Counted from the first letter of the stretch, positions 1 through 9,453 are shown. The stretch is 49,094 bases of DNA from Patescibacteria group bacterium (GCA_034658815.1 JAYEFY010000008.1:1-49094); one strand, 5' to 3'. Notes: generated by a model from the letters alone, not told the origin. Numbers and translations are program-made.

Positions 1-127
1 CCGCCCAGACAGTCCATTCAAACAACTATCATCATCTCACTCTTAGCGGAAGCGGAACAAAGACCCTGCAGACCGGCACAACTTCTATTGCCGGTGATCT
101 CACATTAAGCGGAACTGCGGCTGCGAC
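1..127 (+). repeat. Exact 127-bp direct repeat, copy 1 (copy 2 at 859-985; in-frame offset 858 bp)
   Basis: Base-by-base identity of 1-127 with 859-985, diverging at 128/986. Confidence 0.95.
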
Positions 128-3100
128 AGGTGTAATAGGGCTTACTATCAGTGGCACAGCGGCTCTGGGAGCCGGAACCTCATTTACCGCCGGATCATAC
201 ACCCACAATGTGGCCGGTGACTGGACGAATAACGGGGGGACGTTCACGGGTACCGGAAGCACGGTCAATTTCAACGGCAGTGCGGGCCAGACCATCGGCG
301 GATCAGCCACTACAACTTTTAACAATGTTACCACTGCCAATACCGCCAATGCCGCTACAGGCATCGCCACCAATATCGGCGGCACTCTTTCCATTGGCGA
401 TGGTTCCACTTTCACAGCGGCCGGATACGATCTGACTGTGACCGGAACAACTACCGTCGGCGGCGGAACGAGCGGCAGCTTGGTCGTCTCTTCCGCTGCA
501 GGAACAAAGACTTTTGCCGGACTGGTGACCGTGGCCAGCGGCGCCACTTGGAACAATTCCGGCAATTCGGCTGTTACGTTTCAGGGAGGTATCACTAACA
601 ACAATACATTCACAGCCGGTTCGGGCGTGCATACCTTTGATACGAACGCCCAGGCTCTTACCGGCACATTCTCTATTTCCAATGTCACCGTTACCGGAGT
701 AACTCTCACCAACAACAATGCCTTGACGGTGGGCGCGGCTCTTTCCGGAACAGGCGGGCTAACCCAGGCGGCCAACGCCACTCTTAATATCGGCGGAACT
801 TCGGGCATTACCACGATGACCGCCACGAATTCCGGCAATACCGCCAATTACACCGGCGCCGCCCAGACAGTCCATTCAAACAACTATCATCATCTCACTC
901 TTAGCGGAAGCGGAACAAAGACCCTGCAGACCGGCACAACTTCTATTGCCGGTGATCTCACATTAAGCGGAACTGCGGCTGCGACTTTGGTTATTAGTTT
1001 AACAGTGAGCGGTCAATCGACGGTGAATACGGGAACGACTCTCAATCTCGGCTCCTCCGGCTATGTTTTCACCCTGACCGGCTCCGGAACCGGAACTAGC
1101 CGGCCCTTATATATGAACGGCGGAATCTTAAACGAAGGCGCCAATTCCACCGTAAAATTTACAGGAACTTCGGACAGCAGTATTGAGGATGAAACTTACT
1201 ATCATTTGGAACTGGCACCTTCCGGCGGAACCACTCCGACTTATACTCTGGCTACGGCCGGATCGCAAACGATTACCACTCAAAATCTGACTATCGGAAA
1301 TGGAACTAACGGTGTTTCGGTAACGGCGGCGACTAACAATCCAATTTTGGATATAAACGGAGATTTGCTTATCAATAACAGCGGGACTTTTACCGGCGGG
1401 ACGCAGAATATCACCGTAGGAACGGACGGAACAACAGATGGCGATTTCACGATTGAATCCGGCGGCACTTGGGCAGCCGGAAGCGGAACTTTGATTCTGG
1501 ATGGAGGCTCGGCTGGATTACCAACAGTTTTTTGGGATAAAAACGATCCCGGTTCCAGGCAAGATATGGGCGAGCTTCAGATCGGCGCGTCTCCGGCGGC
1601 AACCGATCTTTCATCGGATCTTAAAGCCAATAGTTTAACAATCAGCGCCGGGGACATTTTAAATACCAATGGCTATGATCTGGATATTGGCAATGGCGGA
1701 ATAGAAGTTAATGGCACATTGGATTGCACTGATGATGTGGAAACTGATGAGACTTATATAAACACCGCCGAAGATTTCAATGTCAATTCCGGCGCCACTT
1801 TGGTTCAGGACCAATCCACGGTTGAGTTTGATGATCTCTCCGGAACGAATACCCTGATCACTAACGGATCTTTTTCTCTATATAATCTGGTTATTAATGG
1901 AGGAGCCAGCATCATCATTCAAGTCCAGGATCCGTTGGATGTGGATAATGACGTGACCATCACTTCCGGGGCGTTGGATGTTGTTGACACGGAAAACAAC
2001 CAGATCACCGTGGGCGGTTCCTGGTCAAATGCTGATGAATTTACTGCCCGGTCGGGATTGGTGCTGTTTGATTCGGGTGATACGGAAGAAACGATTGACA
2101 GCGGGGGAACGGGCGCGCTCAAAGATTTCTATGATATTCAATTTAATAATTCTGCGGGAGGCTGGACCATCCAAACTAATAATCTCACGGCCACCCATAA
2201 TTTCACCATTACCGACACGGCTGCTTCCGGCTTCACGGTCAATTCTGTCACCGTCGAGGTTAATGGCACCTATAATTGTGCAAACGCGGAATTTTCCAAC
2301 ACCACCTGGACCTCGGCGACACTCTATCTCAATGGAACTTCGCAGACCATCGGTTCAAAAACTCAAGCAGAAGAAACATATAGCACTCTGCATGTGGGAA
2401 CAGACGACGATATTAGAATGTGGCAGTCTTCAGCCTCTTTATACACGATTGATTCCGGCGCCTCGCTTTATTCTATGGATCATGATGCTAATAACGGAGA
2501 GTTGGATATCTGGGGCGACTATCACACTAACGGGACGGATTATTGGAATTACAATGATGATTTTGACAGCGCGGATATTTCCGGCTCGCCGAGAGATTGT
2601 GCCGTAAAGCTGGCCTCGTCAGCGTCGGTGACGATTGACGCGGGTGAAACTCTGGAAGCCGTCGGAGTTTCCGGCCACGTGACTGTGGTTGACTGGCAAT
2701 CATCGGGCGGATACAACATCGTTAACTACACCGGCTCACCCGGCGGAACAATTGATTTTCAGTATGCCAGCTTTGATCATCTGAAGGGCAATAAGGGGAT
2801 TGATATTCAATCGGGATCTGCCGTCACTTCGCTAAATTACACCGATTTTGACAATTTAGTTGATAGTGATGCAACTGACGCTTATATTTATGTTGATACA
2901 ACCGTGATCGGCTCTGTGACAAAAACGATCACAGGAGCCAATTTCGGCAATACGGGAGGCGCGAATTTCAATGTTAACCGAAGCGATGCCGAGGATACGG
3001 GTTATTGGGATTTTGACGCGCACACCGGCGCTTTAGCCGGTGAATCTTACGACGGGAAAAACGATGCCAACGAAGCCGATCCTGGAATGCTCAAGTGGGA

Positions 3101-5744
3101 TGACTCGGTTGCGGGGATAACCGTTGACGGAATCATTTATACTAATGAAGGGGGAAGCCCCTATCTGTGTTCAACCACCGGCAATCTGACGGTTGATGTG
3201 CGGGTAAATGGAGCGGGCAGCTACACCGCCGAATGCACCCAGGACACGGGAGCATTCAGTGTCACAGGCGTGCCGATTGGCAGTGCCAGCGATGTAGTGG
3301 CTATTTTCGTCAACGAAGACGGAGTCGGGTCAGTCTATGCCACCGCGGTTACCAAAGCAGCTGACACCACTTCCGGCATCACCGCCAATTTATACCAAGA
3401 TCATGTGATTATTCGCCACGAGGACGGCGGACCGATGACCATTGACAATTTGGATTATTTTGATTCCGGCAATGATACCGATATCCAATTCACTGCCGAC
3501 AACGGCACTCCGGATCTTCTCACTGTCAACGATGGCCACGAGCTCTATATTTGGGCGGGAGACAACTTCACTCCCGGCGGCAATGTGACAGTGGATGACA
3601 TTGAGATACTGGGAATCTATACCGCAACCGGCTCTGAAGCAATAACGGTTTCCGGCAGCTGGGTCAATTCGGGAACATTCACCGCCGCCAGCTCTACAGC
3701 CACTTTTGACGCCACTTCCGGAACGGAAGCTATTAATTCAACCGGAGCCACCACTGATGATTTCAATGATTTGGTCTTGGGAAGCGGATCGGGAACGGCC
3801 ACTTGGAATTTAGGCTCGGTTTTGGATGTGGATGGAGACTTGACAATTGACTATGGAACGCTGGGACAGGGAACCAATAACATTGCACTGGAAGGAATCC
3901 TGGCGATCAATGCCGGTGGCGATTTCTCTAGTGGAAGCGGAACATTCACTTTTGACGGATCAACTTCTCCGGTAACTTGGAGCAACACGGCAACAATTGA
4001 TGACTTGGGCGCCGTGACGATTGACGGCGCGGCAAAAACAGTCAATCTGAATTCGTCAGTGCAGGCCACCAGTGTCACGGTAGGCGCCGATGACGTGCTC
4101 GGGCTGGGCGATTCCGGCCACGTGCTAACCATTTCCGGTTCAGGCACGGCGGGATCACGCCCATTCATTGTGAATAATGCTTCCGGACTGGCTGAAGGAA
4201 CAAATTCAACCGTTAAATTTACCGGAACAACGGCAACAGAAATTGAGGAAGAAACTTATTATCATTTGGAACTGGCTCCTTCCGGCGGCGCGGGACCGAC
4301 ATTTACTTTGGGAACAGCCGTCTCACAAACCTTGGCAGTAAGCGGCAACTTAACCGTGGGAAATGGCGTTAACTCGGTAACAGTAACAGGTGACACTCAT
4401 CATCCCACCTTGAATGTCAGCGGCGACGTGGCCATTTCAACAAACGGGACTCTGACCGCTTCCGGAACCGGGACTTTCACGGTAGGCGGCAGCTGGGCTA
4501 ACTCGGGAACATTCACTCCCAGCGGCGCGACTGTGACTTTTAACTCTACTGACGCAGGCGAAACGATCAGCGACGGCGGTTCAGCTTTCCATAATATCTT
4601 GTTCAATGGAACAAACGGCGAATGGCTATACCAAGACGGCGCTTCCACCGCGCTCAACCAGACCACAGTGCAAGATGGAACAGCAACATTTCTGAACGTA
4701 AAAACGGACACTTTGTCGGTAACCGCCGGGGGAACTTTCAATCAGGATTGGTATCTGGGAACTCATGTAACGGATGCCGCCAATACCTCAACTGACGTTG
4801 ATACCGGTGACAATGACATCACTTTTTCCGAAGCCGGAAGCAATGCAACAGTTTGGAAACACAGCGGAGCCAATTGGGGGAGTGCTGCCGCGTCACAAAC
4901 AACTGGGACTACCGCGGTGAATGGCGACAATCCACAACCGAATGACCCCGGCGCGATCAGGATCCGTGAGTTTAGCATGACTGACCACACAAACTGTCCG
5001 GGAGTAGGATGTACTATATATAGGTATAATGAACAGATCACCTGGGTGGATAGTTATGGCGAGTATGATTATTATGATGATCATGGCGAGAACTATCTCA
5101 CATCCTGCCGGGCAGGCTCAACAACCGCGTGCAGTGATGACAGCACGGATGACGATGAGATCGGAGTAGTTTGGTATCGCTCAACAATTGGAACAATGAA
5201 TACGCCTTTGTCAACGGTAAACGAGCCGCCGACAAACGGTTCATGGCACGCGGGAATGCTGGAAGCGATCAGCTTCTCCATAGACACTTTTTCTCGCGAT
5301 TTTGGAGTGCTCACTCCGGGAGCCAATCCAACGGATTTGACCAACACGCTGACGGTGACAACTTCAGCTAGCCATGGTTATGTGATCTATGCCAGAGCTG
5401 AGCAAGATATGACTTGCTCCAACGCGGCTTTATGCGGCACCGCCGCGATCTCGGACTGGGGTGGAAGCAATGAAATTCCGACAACTTGGAGCGGGGGGTC
5501 GTTCGGGTTTGGATATTCCACCAATGACTATGATCTGCAAGAGGGAGAAGGTGCAGTGGATAGATTTTCCGGCTCCAAGTTCGCGGGGTTTATTGAAACA
5601 GGCTTCGGAGACCCGGTGGCGGACCGCACCGGATCAAGCTCCGCGCAGGCAAACATCATCACCTACCGTATTGCAGCCAGTGGGATTCAGAACTCGGGAA
5701 CTTATCAAACCTCCATATATTATGTGGTTGCGCCGACTTATTAG
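3..5744 (+). CDS. Giant Gly/Thr/Ser/Asn-rich surface protein (5'-truncated, >1900 aa) with repeated beta-solenoid-like modules and a C-terminal Csu/SCPU- or WxL-like domain
   Basis: The frame is open from position 3 (AQTVHSNNYHHLTLSG...), so the ORF-track start at 210 is internal. Recurring module 'ITVxGxWxNxGTFxxxxxTVxF'. Duplicated segment 'EGxNSTVKFTGT...ETYYHLELAPSGG'. Ends 'EAISFSID...DFGVL...SGTYQTSIYYVVAPTY'. Confidence 0.85.
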   Translation, partial: AQTVHSNNYHHLTLSGSGTKTLQTGTTSIAGDLTLSGTAAATGVIGLTISGTAALGAGTSFTAGSYTHNVAGDWTNNGGTFTGTGSTVNFNGSAGQTIGGSATTTFNNVTTANTANAATGIATNIGGTLSIGDGSTFTAAGYDLTVTGTTTVGGGTSGSLVVSSAAGTKTFAGLVTVASGATWNNSGNSAVTFQGGITNNNTFTAGSGVHTFDTNAQALTGTFSISNVTVTGVTLTNNNALTVGAALSGTGGLTQAANATLNIGGTSGITTMTATNSGNTANYTGAAQTVHSNNYHHLTLSGSGTKTLQTGTTSIAGDLTLSGTAAATLVISLTVSGQSTVNTGTTLNLGSSGYVFTLTGSGTGTSRPLYMNGGILNEGANSTVKFTGTSDSSIEDETYYHLELAPSGGTTPTYTLATAGSQTITTQNLTIGNGTNGVSVTAATNNPILDINGDLLINNSGTFTGGTQNITVGTDGTTDGDFTIESGGTWAAGSGTLILDGGSAGLPTVFWDKNDPGSRQDMGELQIGASPAATDLSSDLKANSLTISAGDILNTNGYDLDIGNGGIEVNGTLDCTDDVETDETYINTAEDFNVNSGATLVQDQSTVEFDDLSGTNTLITNGSFSLYNLVINGGASIIIQVQDPLDVDNDVTITSGALDVVDTENNQITVGGSWSNADEFTARSGLVLFDSGDTEETIDSGGTGALKDFYDIQFNNSAGGWTIQTNNLTATHNFTITDTAASGFTVNSVTVEVNGTYNCANAEFSNTTWTSATLYLNGTSQTIGSKTQAEETYSTLHVGTDDDIRMWQSSASLYTIDSGASLYSMDHDANNGELDIWGDYHTNGTDYWNYNDDFDSADISGSPRDCAVKLASSASVTIDAGETLEAVGVSGHVTVVDWQSSGGYNIVNYTGSPGGTIDFQYASFDHLKGNKGIDIQSGSAVTSLNYTDFDNLVDSDATDAYIYVDTTVIGSVTKTITGANFGNTGGANFNVNRSDAEDTGYWDFDAHTGALAGESYDGKNDANEADPGMLKWDDSVAGITVDGIIYTNEGGSPYLCSTTGNLTVDVRVNGAGSYTAECTQDTGAFSVTGVPIGSASDVVAIFVNEDGVGSVYATAVTKAADTTSGITANLYQDHVIIRHEDGGPMTIDNLDYFDSGNDTDIQFTADNGTPDLLTVNDGHELYIWAGDNFTPGGNVTVDDIEILGIYTATGSEAITVSGSWVNSGTFTAASSTATFDATSGTEAINSTGATTDDFNDLVLGSGSGTATWNLGSVLDVDGDLTIDYGTLGQGTNNIALEGILAINAGGDFSSGSGTFTFDGSTSPVTWSNTATIDDLGAVTIDGAAKTVNLNSSVQATSVTVGADDVLGLGDSGHVLTISGSGTAGSRPFIVNNASGLAEGTNSTVKFTGTTATEIEEETYYHLELAPSGGAGPTFTLGTAVSQTLAVSGNLTVGNGVNSVTVTGDTHHPTLNVSGDVAISTNGTLTASGTGTFTVGGSWANSGTFTPSGATVTFNSTDAGETISDGGSAFHNILFNGTNGEWLYQDGASTALNQTTVQDGTATFLNVKTDTLSVTAGGTFNQDWYLGTHVTDAANTSTDVDTGDNDITFSEAGSNATVWKHSGANWGSAAASQTTGTTAVNGDNPQPNDPGAIRIREFSMTDHTNCPGVGCTIYRYNEQITWVDSYGEYDYYDDHGENYLTSCRAGSTTACSDDSTDDDEIGVVWYRSTIGTMNTPLSTVNEPPTNGSWHAGMLEAISFSIDTFSRDFGVLTPGANPTDLTNTLTVTTSASHGYVIYARAEQDMTCSNAALCGTAAISDWGGSNEIPTTWSGGSFGFGYSTNDYDLQEGEGAVDRFSGSKFAGFIETGFGDPVADRTGSSSAQANIITYRIAASGIQNSGTYQTSIYYVVAPTY
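859..985 (+). repeat. Exact 127-bp direct repeat, copy 2
   Basis: Identical to 1-127. Confidence 0.95.
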
Positions 5745-5750
5745 ATGCTA

Positions 5751-5769
5751 CTGTCATTCTGAATGACAG
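5751..5769. repeat. Collapsed REP-like palindrome CTGTCATTC-T-GAATGACAG
   Basis: Perfect 9-bp inverted repeat whose arms match the ends of the element at 9615-9706. Confidence 0.55.
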
Positions 5770-5776
5770 AGATAAA

Positions 5777-7546
5777 ATGGTAAAAATGATATTCAAATTT
5801 TATAAACAAAGCAGAAATATTTTTTTTGGGCTGTTAATAGCCAGTTTTTTTTGTTTTTGGGTGGAAAATTGTCAAGCCCAAAACATGGGTCCCGCGATTT
5901 CAATAGTTCCGCACACTTTTGATCTGACAGTTGAACCGGGAGAAGAAAAGAGCGACAGAATAAAGGTCTATAACCAAGGAGAAGTGGCAGTTCCTTTTAC
6001 GCTGAAAATGGTTGAATTTGGAGCGAAAGAGCTGACCGGTGAGATGATGATGCTTGAGAGGAATGAAGATCAGCAAACGCCAAGTGATTGGATCGAATTT
6101 GAAAAAGAAGACTTTGTTGTTGATCCGGGGCAAAAAGAAGCAATCAACTTTTCTGTTCATATTCCGGATGATGCCGAGCCGCAAGGCTATTATGCGATGG
6201 CTCTTTTCGAAGCTGACATTTCCACTCTCTATTTCAATGAAAGCCGGGTGCAAATTGTTCCAAGTATGGGAGTGTTGTTCATGCTGAAAGTTGCCGGAGG
6301 AGAAGAAGCCGAGGAGGCCCTGACATTGCTAGAATACTCAGTCTTGGATCAGCATCATCTTAAGGGAGCGGAGAAAATTGCAAATTTTTTAGCCCAACCT
6401 TTTATCTCTGATGATGAACAGATCAATGTGATCAAGTCAGAGCAGCCGACATTTCTGGTAAAGATAAAGAATAACGATCCGTACCACAAAAAACTATCAG
6501 GCAGTATCAAGCTTTCAGGCGTGGGATGGAAGCTGGAAAATGAACTTGAGGTTCAGCCGGTGACAATTCTTCCGGGCATGACACGGGAGATCTTGGTCAA
6601 AGGCGCCGCAAAAAAAGACAAGCAAGAGGGTGGTCAAGATAGAAAAGAAGAATATTTAGGCAAAGAAGGCAGCTTTGGTTTCATGCAGGCCGACCTCAAA
6701 ATTGAAGAAGAGCAGGGCTTCACAAAACAGCAGCAGCAATGGATTATTGTTTTTTCCTGGAAGATGGCGGTATTGTTTTTGTTGGCAATCGCTTGCATCG
6801 TCGCGCCTGTTTGGATCGTGAGAAGTAGGCGAAAAAAGGTTTACCCCGTTAAATCCCCGCAAAAGCGGGGTGCGAAGCTATTTAACAGGGTGAAACTAAA
6901 ACCAAAATTCAAAAAACACTCATTTAGGATTATCAGAAAGGCCGAGAAAAAAACACGGGACGATGTTGGAATCAAAACAACTGGAGAGGAAACGCTTGTA
7001 TCTTCTCATGGAAAAACAAGAAGAAAACCGGCGAACAAAAAAGCGAAAAAGTCCCCCAAGGGGGGATCGTCCTCTGGACGAAAAACTACAAAAAAAGCTG
7101 TCAGAGAAACCGTAACAAAAAGAACACGAAAAGGTTCTCCAAGGGCAAAACAACAAATAAGAAAAACTGTAACCAGAAAACCGGCGAGAAAAAAAGCCTC
7201 AAAAAAAGAAGACAAGAAAACAAACCAAAGAAAGACCAAGAGAAGTTCAAGAACCGCAAAACCAAGAAAGAGAAAAATAACAAAAAGGAGGGCTGTGGCA
7301 AGAAAAAGCCCTGCCAAAAAAAGCGCGCGAAAAAGCACAGCAAGCGCTGGACAAAAAAGAACCAAAAAAGGTCCATTGAAAACAAAACAGCAAAAAAGAA
7401 AAACTGCAGGCAGAAAGAATACTAAAAAGAAAGTTGCCAAAAAAACCATCTCAGAAAAGAAAACCAAAAGAAAACCTCCAGCTAAAAAAAACAGTCAGAA
7501 AAAAAGTTGTCAGACGGAAAATCGCTCCCAAGAAAAGAAAAGTTAA
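5777..7546 (+). CDS. Membrane-anchored PapD/DUF916-like (WxL-interacting-type) protein with a C-terminal Lys/Arg-rich histone-like tail; probable frameshift near the 3' end (alternative stop at 7610)
   Basis: Signal peptide (CQA-Q). 'ISIVPHTFDLTVEPGE...VYNQG', 'WIEFEKEDFVVDPGQKEAINFSVHIP', second domain 'IKNNDPYH...ILPGMTREI'. TM 'WKMAVLFLLAIACIVAPVWIV', then about 240 aa of K/R-rich sequence. Confidence 0.75.
   Translation: MVKMIFKFYKQSRNIFFGLLIASFFCFWVENCQAQNMGPAISIVPHTFDLTVEPGEEKSDRIKVYNQGEVAVPFTLKMVEFGAKELTGEMMMLERNEDQQTPSDWIEFEKEDFVVDPGQKEAINFSVHIPDDAEPQGYYAMALFEADISTLYFNESRVQIVPSMGVLFMLKVAGGEEAEEALTLLEYSVLDQHHLKGAEKIANFLAQPFISDDEQINVIKSEQPTFLVKIKNNDPYHKKLSGSIKLSGVGWKLENELEVQPVTILPGMTREILVKGAAKKDKQEGGQDRKEEYLGKEGSFGFMQADLKIEEEQGFTKQQQQWIIVFSWKMAVLFLLAIACIVAPVWIVRSRRKKVYPVKSPQKRGAKLFNRVKLKPKFKKHSFRIIRKAEKKTRDDVGIKTTGEETLVSSHGKTRRKPANKKAKKSPKGGSSSGRKTTKKAVRETVTKRTRKGSPRAKQQIRKTVTRKPARKKASKKEDKKTNQRKTKRSSRTAKPRKRKITKRRAVARKSPAKKSARKSTASAGQKRTKKGPLKTKQQKRKTAGRKNTKKKVAKKTISEKKTKRKPPAKKNSQKKSCQTENRSQEKKS
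6839..6896. repeat. Palindromic element lying in frame inside the coding sequence (encodes VYPVKSPQKRGAKLFNRVK)
   Basis: TTACCCCGTTAAAT ... ATTTAACAGGGTGA outer inverted repeat enclosing a CCCCGC-AAAA-GCGGGG hairpin. Confidence 0.7.
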
Positions 7547-7618
7547 GAATAAAAGAAAAACCACGAAAAGAAAGGTTGCCAAGAGAAAAGTTGTCACAAG
7601 AAAAAAATAAAGAGAGTT

Positions 7619-7653
7619 TCCCCTCTTGGAGCAAGAGGGGATCAAGGGGAGTT
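7619..7653. repeat. REP-like hairpin, left flank of the DUF559 gene
   Basis: TCCCCTCTTG-GAG-CAAGAGGGGA (10-bp stem) followed by TCAAGGGGAGTT. Confidence 0.7.
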
Positions 7654-7662
7654 AGAAAAGAC

Positions 7663-8025
7663 ATGAACTTTATTTATAATAAAAAAGAATTAAAAGGTGT
7701 ACGAAGAAAATTGCGCCGGAATCAAACAGATGCGGAAAGAGAGTTATGGAAATATCTGAGAAGAAAACAAGTTGGAGGATTTAGATTTCTAAGGCAATAT
7801 AGTGTTGGAAATTTCGTTGTCGATTTTTATTGTGCAGAAAAAAGACTGGCGATAGAAATTGATGGTGGGCAACATGCAAAAGATACAAAAGAAAAAGACA
7901 AGACAAAAGAAGAATATCTGAAGAACAAAAATATAAAGATAATCAGATTTTGGAATGTAGAGGTTTTTAATAACATTGAAGGAGTTTTATTTAAAATTAG
8001 AGAGGAATTGGGATTGGATAATTAA
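7663..8025 (+). CDS. DUF559 / Vsr-like PD-(D/E)XK endonuclease
   Basis: 'RRKLRRNQTDAERELWKYLR', 'FLRQYSVGNFVVDFYC', 'LAIEIDGGQH', 'IIRFWN'. Likely start is the ATG at 7663, since the upstream part of the ORF-track call overlaps the basic tail and the REP. Confidence 0.9.
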   Translation: MNFIYNKKELKGVRRKLRRNQTDAERELWKYLRRKQVGGFRFLRQYSVGNFVVDFYCAEKRLAIEIDGGQHAKDTKEKDKTKEEYLKNKNIKIIRFWNVEVFNNIEGVLFKIREELGLDN

Positions 8026-8032
8026 GGTGCTT

Positions 8033-8068
8033 AACCCACCCTAGCCCTCCCTTATCTTAAGGGAGGGA
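8033..8068. repeat. REP-like hairpin, right flank of the DUF559 gene (inverted relative to the left flank)
   Basis: AACCCACCCTAG followed by CCCTCCCTTA-TCT-TAAGGGAGGG (10-bp stem). Confidence 0.7.
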
Positions 8069-8225
8069 ATTGAAAAGGAGTTAGCAATATGGAGTAAAAT
8101 GAGAGGGGGTAAAAAAGTGTACAAAAAGCGGCGAAAGGCCGGAAAAGCGCAAGTTTAAAAAAAGGCTAAAATAAGCCCAAAAAAGAGGTTGAAAAAAAAT
8201 TGATGCAAAAAAGTGCATAAAAACG

Positions 8226-8253
8226 TTGACAGTATTTCGGGACTTGATATAAT
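8226..8253 (+). promoter_or_regulatory. Consensus sigma-70 promoter with extended -10, upstream of the 364-aa pilin-like gene
   Basis: TTGACA (8226-8231), 16-bp spacer ending in TGA, TATAAT (8248-8253), with an A-rich upstream region. Confidence 0.8.
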
Positions 8254-8358
8254 TAGTGCAGTTATAAGTAAAAATAAAAAATTAAAATTTAAGAGGTAAA
8301 TAGAAACAGACAGTCTCATTAATTCGCTTAGTGAGCGGTTATTGTTTCCCAAAAGAAA

Positions 8359-9453
8359 ATGAAGAAAAAAATAAAAAAAATGTTGCGAATTGGACTGCAC
8401 AGCTGGCTGATCGTGCTGGTGGCGCTTGCCATGAGCGGACTGGCTTTGGTCAAAACCGCGAAGGCTGACGCTTTGACTTCCAAGTCAGACATCATGAGCA
8501 GGCTGGAAGCCAGCGTTGCTGCGAACCACACTATCGAGTTCACCCTGTCTGCCACTGGAGGCGGAGTGGCAGCAGGTGAGGATATCACAATAACCTTTCC
8601 TGCAGGATTTGATACATCAACAATAGTTGTTGCTGATATAGACTTTGAAGATAATGGCACAAACTTGGAATTATTAGGCACTTGTTCGGGCACTACTTGG
8701 GGCGCAGCCATGGCATCAGATATTTTGACGCTAACCTCTTGTACTGGCACTATCGCGGCTTCCCATACGGTAACCATTGAGATCGGTACGCATGCCACTT
8801 TTAATGCCGTTACCGGAACGCACCAGATCACCAACGACACTGCCGGGACTAAAACCATAGCTATTGCAGGCAGCAACGGTGACGATGGCAATCTGCTGGT
8901 GCAGATCATAGCCGATGACTCGGTAAATGTAACGGCAACCGTGGGTGAAACACTCAGTTTTGTGATCAATGATACAGAGATTGGATTCGGCAGCTTATCA
9001 GCATCCACCGGACGCTGGGCCACTGCTGACGCGAACGGCACCGATGCCTCACCAGCACTGCCTGATGTGGCACATACACTGGAAGTCGGCACCAATGCTT
9101 CGGGAGGTTGGGCAGTTACCTATAATGGGGCACTCTTAACCAGCGGAGCATCAGACACAATTGACGGCACAACCGGTATTACTGGGGATGGAGATGGGAA
9201 TCCGGCCGGTGCCTCGGAAGAATTCGGTATCAGCGCAAGTACTAATGGCAATGCAGGGATCGCTACCGGTTACGAGAGAACCGCAACTCCCAATTGGGAT
9301 TGGGAAACCAGCACAACCACCACTTTGGTATCTGAGATTGTACCAACCGCCACTGAAACCATAAGCGTTTCGTATTTGGCGAACATTGTTGCTTTGACTG
9401 AAGCGGGTGACTATGAAACCGATATCACTTATATTGCAACTGCGACTTTCTAA
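8359..9453 (+). CDS. Secreted two-domain beta protein with a C-terminal Csu/SCPU- or WxL-like domain; candidate major surface/pilin subunit
   Basis: Signal peptide ending AKA-D. C-terminal domain 'DSVNVTATVGETLSFVINDTEIGFGSL...TLEVGTNASGGWAV...AGDYETDITYIATATF'. No TM anchor. Confidence 0.75.
   Translation: MKKKIKKMLRIGLHSWLIVLVALAMSGLALVKTAKADALTSKSDIMSRLEASVAANHTIEFTLSATGGGVAAGEDITITFPAGFDTSTIVVADIDFEDNGTNLELLGTCSGTTWGAAMASDILTLTSCTGTIAASHTVTIEIGTHATFNAVTGTHQITNDTAGTKTIAIAGSNGDDGNLLVQIIADDSVNVTATVGETLSFVINDTEIGFGSLSASTGRWATADANGTDASPALPDVAHTLEVGTNASGGWAVTYNGALLTSGASDTIDGTTGITGDGDGNPAGASEEFGISASTNGNAGIATGYERTATPNWDWETSTTTTLVSEIVPTATETISVSYLANIVALTEAGDYETDITYIATATF

Noticed and set aside
1-985. 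DGR template/variable repeat pair
   Set aside because: The two copies are fully identical with no adenine-specific mismatches, both lie in frame in one gene, and there is no reverse transcriptase in the window.
32-5347. Minus-strand Val/Pro-rich ORFs over the giant gene (also 8328-9095, 9694-10575 and 7006-7467)
   Set aside because: These are antisense shadows of biased Gly/Thr- or Lys-rich codons on the coding strand.
7507-7662. N-terminal extension of the DUF559 ORF
   Set aside because: It overlaps the basic-tail coding region and the REP hairpin; family similarity starts at the ATG at 7663.
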